The notes under the pieces are model-generated. The model ran no database searches. It had not been told where the DNA came from and worked only from the letters and a program-made list of their open reading frames with translations. The position numbers were made by a program, and so were the translations under genes. 64,000 nt of DNA from Candidatus Eiseniibacteriota bacterium (GTDB lineage Bacteria > Eisenbacteria > RBG-16-71-46). The DNA lies in NCBI GenBank assembly GCA_963776245.1, contig CAVZLN010000003.1:1024001-1088000 (forward strand), read 5' to 3'. Of this stretch, positions 10,410-18,954 are shown in pieces (position 1 is the stretch's first letter; each line of letters starts with the position of its first letter).

Positions 10410-10508
10410 AATCTAGCACGACCTCGACCGGTGCGGCGTCAAATCCGAAGGGCCTCTGCCGTCCGCCCCCAGGATCGCCCGCCCGGCCACCCGCCAGGGT
10501 GCTAGATT
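10410..10508. promoter_or_regulatory. Divergent extended -10 promoters (TGCTAGATT on each strand)
   Basis: AATCTAGCAC at 10410-10419 and GTGCTAGATT at 10499-10508 form an inverted pair. Each reads TGnTAGATT toward its gene. Confidence 0.5.
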
Positions 10509-10671
10509 GACCGGACCCAGCGACCCGAGGACCGCTCCTGCCCGACCTGCCGGAGGGGTTGGATAGCAGGCTCGCGGCAGATGGCCCCGAGCACCATGCG
10601 TTCGTCACGCCGGCAGCGTTCGCGCTTCTTCGCTTCCGCTGTCCGCGACTCACACATGAGGAAGTGCCCAC

Positions 10672-11185
10672 ATGCGATCCCTCTCGTCGTTCGTGATCTT
10701 CCTGTTGTGTTGGGCCAGTTCGGTCCCGACCGGTGTCGCGCACGGAATGCCCGCGCCGGGCACGCGCATTCGCGTCACCGCGCTCGTTCCGGAAAGCGAG
10801 CGCTGGACCGGTCCATTCGTCTCGGTCGCGCGCGATACGGTCACGATGCGTGATGGCGGAATGGATGGTGCGCTCGTCACCGTGCCCACGTTGCACGTCA
10901 TGCGCTTCGAGATCAGCCGCGGAAAGAGCGGCAACGGTCTGCGAGGAGCAGGTCTCGGTCTCGCGGCGGGCGCACTCCTGGGCGCGGGGTCGGACACTCC
11001 CTCTACCGTTACACTCGGGGGACTGCACATGGTGCCCCGGCAGCTCCGGCGAAGCCGCCGCGATGGGCGCCATCGGATTCGGTGTCGTCGGTGCCGTGGG
11101 CGGGTTTATGGTTGGGGCCGTGAATAATTCGGAACGGTGGCGTGCCATGCCTGTGGAGGAGCTGGGCGGCACGACGCGGCCGTGA
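10672..11185 (+). CDS. Secreted/membrane hypothetical protein with glycine-zipper, frameshifted near 11017-11021
   Basis: The 10672 frame gives a signal peptide, GTRIRVT and GAGLGLAAGALLG. After the G5 run the 10733 frame continues DCTWCPGSSGEAAAMGAIGFGVVGAVGGFMVGAV..ERW. Confidence 0.6.
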
Positions 11186-11295
11186 TCAGGCAGTGTCAGC
11201 CCTGTGGGACTGAAGCGATTCGTTCGCGCAAGACGGGGAGCTGGTCAAGGGGCGAGGGGGTAGGGAGGACGCCTCAAGCAAGAAGGGGGAGCGCG

Positions 11296-11478
11296 ATGAC
11301 GAGCGGCTGGGAGTACAAGTACGCGTACATTCCAGTGCCCAGTGTGATGCAGGACATCAAGATGGAGGAGATCGACCGCCTGGGGCGGGAGGGCTGGGAG
11401 TTGGTCGCCGTCACTCGCTACGGACCTATGCAGTCGCCACTCGTGGCTTTCTTGAAACGGCCGCTGAGAGCGGACTGA
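11296..11478 (+). CDS. DUF4177 domain small protein
   Basis: MTSGWEYKY...IDRLGREGWELVAV....FLKRP matches the DUF4177 pattern. SD GGGGGAG upstream. Confidence 0.8.
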   Translation: MTSGWEYKYAYIPVPSVMQDIKMEEIDRLGREGWELVAVTRYGPMQSPLVAFLKRPLRAD

Positions 11479-11488
11479 CCGGTCTTCA

Positions 11489-11620
11489 AGCAGTCTCGCC
11501 GGGCTGCAGCAGATCTTCGGGCACGCGAGCGTCGTCACCGCGCAGCGCTACGCGGGGCTGAGCGACAAAGCGGTGCGGCGCGAGGCGGAGCGGATCGCCC
11601 GAGAGAGGGTAGTCGTATGA
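11489..11620 (+). pseudogene. Orphan C-terminal fragment of a tyrosine recombinase/integrase (box II with catalytic Tyr)
   Basis: Translates SSLAGLQQIFGHASVVTAQRYAGLSDKAVRREAERIARERVVV*, matching LGH-x-S-x-x-T-x-x-Y. An in-frame stop lies at 11465-11467 with no start codon before the motif. The stop overlaps the ATG at 11617. Confidence 0.8.
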
Positions 11621-12213
11621 CGCGCCTGCTCGCTGCAATCGTGCTCGCACTCGTGTTGGCCGGTTCCGCCGGAGCCGACTCGATGATCCTCGGTCCGGAG
11701 TATGGCTACTCGGACGACGCGATCAAGGAGCGGATCCAGGCAGGCTGGTGGATCTTCGTCGGTCGCGTGGTCGGGGCTCATGAAGTCGTCGCGCCCACGG
11801 TCGGTGTGCGCGATAGCGCTGCAGCGGATAGGGACTCCGGGTTCGCGGCGAGCGTGACCGGTGACGCTCCCCGGCTGAGCCCGCGGTTCGTGTACCGATT
11901 TCGCGTGGAGCACATCTGGCAAGGGGATCCGCGTGCCCGGGAGATCGAGGTCGGGATGGGCGGGGAGTATCTGGGTGAGTACCGCTATGGCGGACCCACA
12001 CAGGCCGTGTACTCATTCGTGCTCGGCAGGCGGTACCTCGTCTTCGCACATGGGAGCGAAGGCGAACTCCGGACGCGACCGAGTGGCGGCAGCTACGCTC
12101 TGGGTTTGAGAGCCTGCCGCTCCTGCAAGCCGGACGCGGAGGTCGCCCATGTAGACAGCCTCTGCCAATGGGTCCGCCACTCTCGCCGAAAGGCGATGAA
12201 GTCCAACTTGTAG
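11617..12213 (+). CDS. Secreted hypothetical protein, TIMP/NTR-like OB-fold candidate
   Basis: Signal peptide, IFVGRVV, YRFRVEHIWQG and YSFVLGRRYLVFA resemble bacterial TIMP-like proteins. Confidence 0.55.
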   Translation: MTRLLAAIVLALVLAGSAGADSMILGPEYGYSDDAIKERIQAGWWIFVGRVVGAHEVVAPTVGVRDSAAADRDSGFAASVTGDAPRLSPRFVYRFRVEHIWQGDPRAREIEVGMGGEYLGEYRYGGPTQAVYSFVLGRRYLVFAHGSEGELRTRPSGGSYALGLRACRSCKPDAEVAHVDSLCQWVRHSRRKAMKSNL

Positions 12214-12261
12214 CACCGGTCCCCTGGAAGTCTAATGTGGAGGGCGAGCGAGGAGTCCAGC

Positions 12262-13063
12262 ATGGCGACGTTGGTGGAGGGCCTGCCGGTGGCGCAGCAG
12301 GCAGAGGTAACTGCGAAGGCGGCCCTGCGGATGGAGGCGATCACCGAGACGGTGGTGAGGGCGCTGAGGCTGGGGGGCAGTTGGCTTGTCGTTTTCGGCA
12401 GCGCACTCACGCTGTGGGTGGCGCTCGGCTGGGCAGCGCCCGCAGATACCCTCCGCGTGAGCCCCATAGTGGTGAAGGTCAGACCGGGCGAACGGTGCCG
12501 CTTCGTGGCGTGGAGGGGCGACGCGCCCGTCGCCGGTGCTCGCTGGTCGCTGCGTGGGCCGGGGCGACTGGTGGGCGGGGCGGACGGAACGTGGGTCGAC
12601 TACCACGCACCGTGGCGTAGCGAGCGCGCCGAGGAGGCCGTAGTGCGCGCAACGTTGCCCAGGGATGAAGGGCAGTCGGGAGACAGTCTGATCGCCCATG
12701 CGACGGCGTCGTTGGCCATGGGCCGAGTCGCAGGCTCGGATTCGTGCGAACTATGCATGTCGGAGCCGGTGATGATGCCCGGCGGACTGGCGATGTTCGA
12801 GAGCATGACCCGTGGCGATCGTCAAGGTGCCGCCGATCTATCCGGACGCGGCGCGCGCGGCTGGCGTGGATGGCGTTGTGAGAGTGCAGGCGCTGGTGTG
12901 CTGCTCGGGCCAGGTGGTCGAGACGTATGTCACCAAGTCCATCCCGATGCTCGACGATGCGGCGGAGGCCTGCATCCGCCTCTGGCGCTTCCGGCCCGCA
13001 ATGTCGGGCGGCCGGCCCATCGGCGTGTGGGTCGGGATCCCGGTGCGGTTCAACCTTCACTGA
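12262..13063 (+). CDS. TonB C-terminal domain protein with N-terminal Ig-like region, frameshifted near 12808 (start uncertain, 12262-12352)
   Basis: Removing one base at about 12808 joins MFESM to PVAIVKVPPIYPDAARAAGVDGVVRVQALV...LDDAAEACIRLWRFRPA..GRPIGVWVGIPVRFNLH, a TonB_C domain. Confidence 0.7.
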
Positions 13064-13083
13064 GCGTCGCGGCCGCGCTCGCG

Positions 13084-13179
13084 CATTACCGCGTCGTCAC
13101 CACGCAGCGGTATGCGCGGTTGAGCGGCGAAGCGGTGCGGCGGGAGGCGGGGCGGTTGACGATGGGAGGTCAGCCATGA
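13084..13179 (+). pseudogene. Second orphan tyrosine recombinase C-terminal fragment
   Basis: Translates HYRVVTTQRYARLSGEAVRREAGRLTMGGQP*. Positions 13091-13155 match 11529-11593 at 56/65 nt. The stop overlaps the ATG at 13176. Confidence 0.75.
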
Positions 13180-13656
13180 AGGTTGCCATCATGCTGCTCT
13201 TGGCATCGTTGTGCCTGCTAGGGCTGCCCACAGTCGACTTCACTAGCGACGCGAGTTCCCGGCCATTGCCTGAGCAGATGAAGTACCGGCTCCACTCCAT
13301 GGACTGGGTCTTCACAGGACGAGTAATCGGAGTCCGCGACTCGATTGTCTCTGACAGCACGTGGATTGCTCCTGATGGCTCTGTGAACGCCCGGGAGGCA
13401 CGTCAGCTGGAGGTTCTGCGTATTCAAGGTCGGCAAGACTTGGCGCGGAGACCATGCAAAGAGAAAGGTCGTGGTCAAGAGTATCCGGCACCTCTGGGAC
13501 TCTTGCGCCTTCACGGTCGGGAACTCATATCTCGTCTTCGCGTCGGGATACCCACCGTGGACAGCTGCGCACTGCATGTCGAAGGACCTTCGCCAAGCAC
13601 GTTTGGAGGTAGCGGTCCTCGACAGCCTGGTCCGGGCGGAGAGGAAGCAGAAGTGA
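13176..13656 (+). CDS. Secreted hypothetical protein, distant paralog of 11617-12213, frameshifted near 13360-13407
   Basis: MKVAIMLLLASLCLLG..WVFTGRVIG in one frame, then FKVGKTWRG...CAFTVGNSYLVFA..VLDSL in the 13471 frame. Confidence 0.6.
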
Positions 13657-13800
13657 AGCTGTAGCACTTGCCGTGGCAGGCGGGTTCACAAGTCTCGCAG
13701 TCGAGTGCGACTCCTCAACCGGAAGTCAAAGTCACGAGCGTCAGCGCCCCGCTCGCACCGCGCGGCCCGCGCAATACGGGCACTATCTTCCTCCCCCGCC

Positions 13801-14034
13801 TCAGCCCGCCTCGCGCTCCACCCGCATCATCTGGCCCATCACGAAGCGCACGCTCACGCGCTCGCCGGGGGCGAGGTCCGCGGGGCACTCGCTCGCGGCG
13901 ACGCGCCCGGTCTGGCCGGCGCCCGGCAGGTCGTCGAGTTCGACGGCGAGGTCCACCCAGCGGTCGCCGTGGATGTCCACGGGCTTCACGGCGCGCACCG
14001 TGCCCGTCTTGTTCTGCGGCAGCAGCAGGCTCAT
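13801..14034 (-). CDS. Small hypothetical protein (OB-fold-like)
   Basis: 77 aa with GC-typical codon usage. TTGACG -35-like element upstream, divergent from the rhomboid gene. Confidence 0.6.
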   Translation of the reverse strand: MSLLLPQNKTGTVRAVKPVDIHGDRWVDLAVELDDLPGAGQTGRVAASECPADLAPGERVSVRFVMGQMMRVEREAG

Positions 14035-14115
14035 GCGCGCGAGACTGACGGGGCGCGCGCTTGCGCGTCAAGGCGAGTTCGCTCCGCGCGCGCCGCTGCC
14101 GTATCCTGCGCGGTC

Positions 14116-14951
14116 ATGCGCAAGACCACCGGTTCGATGCTCTGCCCGCAGTGCTCCAAGCTCATCGGCGTCGGCGAGCAGTCGTGTCCGTTCTGCGGCG
14201 CGTGGCGCCCGGGGCTCTACGGCTTCACCCCGGTGATCCAGCAGTTCTTCGGCAAACGCATCGACCTGATCGCGCTCATCAGCGCGACGTGCGTGGTGCT
14301 CTACGTGGCGGCGCTGGTGCTCCAGCCCGAGGCCATCTTCACCGTTCCGCGGCATCTTCGAGATCCTCTCGCCCGGCACGCGGGCGCTCTACCAGCTCGG
14401 CATGACCGGCGGGGTGGCGTGGCAGCAGCACTGGTACTGGACGCTGCTCACCGCCATCTACCTGCACGGCAGCCTGCTCCACATCTTCTTCAACGTGATG
14501 TGGATCCGGCAGCTCGGTCCGGTGGTCTCGGAGTACTACGGGCCGGCGCGCGCGTTCGTGATCTTCAGCCTCGCGGGCGTCGTGGGGTTCGTGCTCTCGA
14601 ACGTCGCCAGCACGACCTCCACCATCGGCGCCTCGGGCAGCATCTTCGGGTTGCTCGCCGCGCTCATCGTGTACGGCCGGCGCGTGGGCTCCTCGATGCT
14701 CACCGGGCAGATGTGGCAGTGGGCCATCATCATGTTCGCGTTCGGCTTCATGACGCCGTCGGTCAACAACTGGGCGCACGCCGGCGGATTCGCGGGCGGC
14801 TGGGTGGCGGCCGAGAGCATGCGCTTCGCCGACAAGCGCGAGGGGCGCGGGGTGCAGTTGCTGGCGCTGGCTCTGCTGCTCGCCACGGCCGCGGGCTTCG
14901 TGCTCTCGTTCGTGAAGGTGACCGGGCCTGATCCTCGGGCACGGGCGCTAG
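14116..14951 (+). CDS. Rhomboid intramembrane serine protease with N-terminal zinc ribbon (frameshifts near 14343 and 14925)
   Basis: CPQC..CPFC N-terminus, WTLLTAIYLHGSLLHIFFN, catalytic GASG, NWAHAGG. The corrected end reads VTGLILGHGR*. Confidence 0.85.
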
Positions 14952-15228
14952 AGCCCATTCGGCCGCGGCCCGATCCCGGGGCTTGCGCCGCGCAAGGCCA
15001 GGGCCTCCCAGCGCTGCAATCTGCACGCTGGGACCGCGTGGCGGGCCCCGCATCAGAAAGCCGTGGCCCTCCGGGCCATCGCTGCCGATATACTCGGCGG
15101 CAGTCGGTCACTCGACCGACCGTACATGGAAGGGCTTCGGGCGGGCGCCGCTCGCACCGAGGCCGACGACCCGATCGTGATCCCGAAGGGCCGGGTGGCT
15201 CCGCGGGGTCGCACACAGGAGAGAGCCC

Positions 15229-17437
15229 ATGCCTTCCTCGTCCCGCCGCGCCGCGCGCCACGCCGCCAACAGCCGTCAGCCGCGCGTGTTCGACCCGCCC
15301 CGCCTGCCCGATGGCCATCGCGCGCCGGTCAGCGCCTACTTCGGGCGCCACACGCTCGATCTCATCAAGCTGCGCGAGCGCCTGCCGCGCGAGGCCTACC
15401 AGTCGCTGCTCGCCACGCTCCGCAACGGCACCCCGCTGGGGCGTGACACCGCGGAGACCATCGCGTCGGTGGCGCGCGAGTGGGCCACGTCCCACGGCGC
15501 CACGCACTTCACGCACTGGTTCCAGCCCATGACCGGGCTCACCGCCGAGAAGCACGACAGCTTCATCGACCTCAACGTGCAGCGCACCGGCGAGCTGAAG
15601 GTGCTCGAGCGCTTCTCGGGCTCGCAGCTCTCGCAGAGCGAGCCGGACGCCAGTTCGTTCCCGTCGGGCGGCGTGCGCAGCACGTTCGAGGCGCGCGGGT
15701 ACACCGCGTGGGACCCGTCGTCGCCGATGTTCCTGGTCGAGAGCGTGAACGGGCGGACGCTGTGCATCCCGTCGGTGTTCGTGAGCTATCACGGCGAGAG
15801 CCTCGATCACAAGACGCCGGTGCTCAAGGCGCTCGAGGCGCTCAACAAGCACGCCACCGCGTTCCTCAAGCTGCTCGGGGACGTGGACGTGCAGTCGGTG
15901 GACTCCACGCTCGGCGTCGAGCAGGAGTACTTCCTCGTCGACCGCGGGCACTTCACCCAGCGGCCGGACCTGCTGATGACCGACCGCACCTTGCTGGGCG
16001 CGGCGTCGGCGCGCGGCCAGCAGTTCGAGGACCACTACTTCGGCTCGATCCCGGGGCGCGTGCTGGCGTTCATGGAGGAGATGGAGTTCGAGCTGCACCG
16101 GCTCGGCGTGCCGGTCAAGACGCGCCACAACGAGGTGGCGCCGATGCAGTTCGAGATGGCGCCCATCTTCGAGGACGTGAACCTCGCGATCGACCACAAC
16201 GCGCTCGCCATGGACATCATGCGCAAGGTGGCGTTGCGGCACGACTTCGTGTGCGTGCTCCACGAGAAGCCATACGCCGGCATCAACGGCAGCGGCAAGC
16301 ACTGCAACTGGAGCATGGTCACCGACCGCGGCGAGAACCTGCTCGACCCGGGCCGCACCCCGCACCAGAACCTGCGCTTCCTCGCGTTCGTCGCCGCGTG
16401 CCTCAAGGGCGTGCACGACCACGCGGACGCGCTGCGCTGGTCGGTGGCCTCGGCGAACAACGACCTGCGCCTCGGCGCCAACGAGGCGCCGCCGGCCATC
16501 ATCAGCGTGTTCGTGGGCGACCTGCTCACCAAGATCATCGACCGCATCACCAGTGGCGGGAAGATCGACGATCCGGAGCACTTCGTGATCGAACTGGGCG
16601 TGGGCAAGGTGCCGCAGCTCGCCAAGGACAACACCGACCGCAACCGCACCTCGCCGTTGGCGTTCACCGGGAACAAGTTCGAGTTCCGCGCGGTCGGCAG
16701 CAGCGCGAACACGGCGCAGCCGATGATGATGCTGATCGCGGCGGTGGCCGACGCGCTGCGCGTCATGACGCCGCGCCTCGAGGCCCGGATCAAGGCCGGC
16801 GGCGGCCGCGACCAGGCGGTGCTCGAGCTGCTGCGCGAGGTGTACTCGGAGACCGCGCCGGTGCGCTTCGAGGGCAACGGGTACGCCGACGAGTGGAAGG
16901 CCGAGGCCAAGCGGCGCGGGCTGCCGAACCTGCCCGACACGCCGTCCTCGATCGAGTCGCTCGCGGGACCGGGCCGCACCGCGTTCCTGCGCGAACTGGG
17001 CATCTTCTCCGAGCGTGAGATCGCGAGCCGCTCCAACGTCGCGCTCGAGCGCTACATCAAGACCGTGCTGCTCGAGGCGGAGACCATGGTGGAGATGCTG
17101 ACCACGTTCGTGGTGCCGGCGGGCGAGAAGCAGGCCACCGCCTCGGCGGCGGCGGCGGCGGCGCTGAAGGACATCGCCGGCGCCCCGTCGCTCGAGGGCC
17201 GTGTGAAGACCGTGGCCGCGGGGCTCGGGGACGTGATCGCGAGCGTCGAAGCTCTCAAGGCGTTGCTCGCCCAGGCCGACGCCATGCACGACGAGATGAA
17301 GAAGGCCCACCTGCTCGCGCCGGGGCGTGCGTCCCGCGATGGACGAGGCCCGCGCCGCGGCGGACCGTCTCGAGCACATCGTGGACGACGAGCTGTGGGT
17401 GGTGCCCAAGTACCGCGAGATGCTGTTCGTGAAGTAG
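15229..17437 (+). CDS. glnA: Glutamine synthetase type III (frameshift near 17320)
   Basis: HFTHWFQPMTGLTAEKHDSF, EPDASSFPSGG, TRHNEVAP, GINGSGKHCNWS, DRNRTSP.AFTGNKFEFRAVG. The canonical C-terminus ADRLEHIVDDELW..PKYREMLFVK* lies in the shifted frame. Confidence 0.93.
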
Positions 17438-17452
17438 TCCGCAGCCGCGAAC

Positions 17453-17478
17453 GGGCCGGGTGCCGAGCCCGGCCCTTT
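17453..17478 (+). terminator. Intrinsic terminator after glnA
   Basis: GGGCCGGG-N7-CCCGGCCC-TTT just after the corrected stop at 17437. Confidence 0.6.
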
Positions 17479-17498
17479 GCATGCCCGGGGAGGATCGC

Positions 17499-18098
17499 AT
17501 GCCGAAACGCCGGGAGGTCGGCCGCTGTCCATGGGCGGGCGAGCAGGAGTTCTACGTGCGCTACCACGACGAGGAGTGGGGCGTGCCACTGCACGACGAC
17601 CGCGGCCTGTTCGAGTTCCTGGTCCTCGAGGGCGCGCAGGCGGGGCTCTCGTGGGCCACCATCCTCAAGAAGCGCGAGGGCTACCGCCACGCGTTCGCAG
17701 GATTCGATCCGGCGAAGGTGGCGCGCTTCGGGGCGCGCGACGTGGCGCGGCTGATGGGCGACGCCGGCATCGTGCGCAACCGGCTCAAGATCGACTCCGC
17801 GATCTCGAACGCGCGCGCGTTCCTCGAGATCCAGGCGCGCTTCGGCTCGTTCGACGCCTACATCTGGTCGTTCGTGGACGGCCGGCCGGTGGTGAACCGG
17901 TTCGAGTCGCTCAAGCAGCTCCCGCCACGGACGGAGCTCTCCGATCGCGTGAGCAAGGACCTCAAGCAGCGCGGGTTCCGCTTCGTGGGCTCCACCATCG
18001 TGTACGCCCACATGCAGGCCACCGGCATGGTGAACGACCACCTGATGACCTGCTTCCGCTGGCGCGAGTGCCAGAAGGCGGCGAAGCCGAAGCGCTGA
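17499..18098 (+). CDS. tag: DNA-3-methyladenine glycosylase I
   Basis: RCPWA..YHDEEWGVP, LEGAQAGLSWATILKKRE, IVRNRLKI, FVGSTIVYAHMQATGMVNDHL. Confidence 0.95.
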   Translation: MPKRREVGRCPWAGEQEFYVRYHDEEWGVPLHDDRGLFEFLVLEGAQAGLSWATILKKREGYRHAFAGFDPAKVARFGARDVARLMGDAGIVRNRLKIDSAISNARAFLEIQARFGSFDAYIWSFVDGRPVVNRFESLKQLPPRTELSDRVSKDLKQRGFRFVGSTIVYAHMQATGMVNDHLMTCFRWRECQKAAKPKR

Positions 18099-18153
18099 GC
18101 CGCCACCGCCCTCCGCGCGGCACCGGGCGCGGCCGGTCGTGTATCCTGCGCCG

Positions 18154-18954
18154 GTGCTGACGCCCTACGACCACGCCCTCGCGCTCGTTCTGGCGGTCAT
18201 CTTCCCACTGCGCGCCGCGCTGTTCGGCCTGCGGCGGCTGCGCCGCGCGCCGGTGGCGCTGCAGCCGCGCGTGCGCCGGCGGACCTACCTCGAGGCCATC
18301 GCCGTCCAGTGGACCGCCACGCTCGCGGTGCTCGGACTCTGGGTGGCGCAGGCGCGCGAGTGGGACGCGCTCGGGCTCCGGCTGCACCTCACCGGCGGAT
18401 TCGCCGCCACGGGCGTGGCGGTGGCCGCCGCGGTCGCGGTGCTGCTCGCGCAGCTCCTCGCCGCGCGCCGCAGCGACGCCGCGATGGAGCGCGTGGCCGG
18501 GCGCGTGCGTCACCTCGAGGCGATGCTCCCGCACACCGCGGGCGAGCTGCGGCTGTGGTGGGCGCTCGCTCTCACCGCGGGGATCTGCGAGGAGACGCTG
18601 TTCCGAGGCTATCTGTACGCCTACGCCCAGCACGGGATGCCCGCGGGAGTGGATCCCCGCTGGGCATTCGTGCCGGTGAGCGTGGTGTTCGGGCTCGGGC
18701 ACCTCTATCAGGGATGGCGGGGCGTGCTCACCACCGCCGGGGCCGGGGCGCTGTTCGCGATCGTGTACCTGGTCTCGGGCTCGCTGTTCCTCGGCATGTT
18801 CGCGCACGCGGTCGTGGACCTGCACGCGGGACACCTCACACACGCGGCGCTCGCGCGCACCTCCGCGCTGGCCGCGGAGCGGGCGCGGGAGCAGGCCGCG
18901 GCGCTCGAAGCCGCGCTCGCCGCGCGCCCGGCGCCGGCGGAGACTCCGCCATGA
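18154..18954 (+). CDS. CPBP (Abi/CAAX) family intramembrane metalloprotease
   Basis: AGICEETLFRG, FGLGHLYQG and HAVVD motifs. Confidence 0.9.
   Translation: MLTPYDHALALVLAVIFPLRAALFGLRRLRRAPVALQPRVRRRTYLEAIAVQWTATLAVLGLWVAQAREWDALGLRLHLTGGFAATGVAVAAAVAVLLAQLLAARRSDAAMERVAGRVRHLEAMLPHTAGELRLWWALALTAGICEETLFRGYLYAYAQHGMPAGVDPRWAFVPVSVVFGLGHLYQGWRGVLTTAGAGALFAIVYLVSGSLFLGMFAHAVVDLHAGHLTHAALARTSALAAERAREQAAALEAALAARPAPAETPP

Larger units (their letters stand above)
10560..13750. mobile_element. Accessory island / cassette-like cluster with tyrosine recombinase remnants
   Basis: Visibly more A/T-rich than the flanks, with five small co-oriented genes, two clear integrase 3' fragments and a repeated TGTAGCAC motif. 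Boundaries are approximate. Confidence 0.55.

Noticed and set aside
10410..10508. 10-bp inverted repeat as transposon or MITE ends
   Set aside because: It is better explained as two divergent TGnTAGATT extended -10 elements. No target duplication or transposase was seen.
10560..13750. Classical integron with attC sites, or a tRNA integration site
   Set aside because: I found no intI gene, no convincing RYYYAAC...GTTRRRY hairpins between the genes, and no tRNA cloverleaf or T-loop consensus at either edge.
14536..17589. Very long antisense and alternate-frame ORFs, also at 36307-39786, 6368-9358 and 43341-45665
   Set aside because: These are Arg/Ala/Pro/Gly-rich shadow ORFs expected in high-GC DNA opposite well-supported genes.
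17438..17754. C-terminal extension of glutamine synthetase overlapping tag
   Set aside because: It is an artefact of the frameshift near 17320. The true C-terminus and a terminator lie at 17437-17478.
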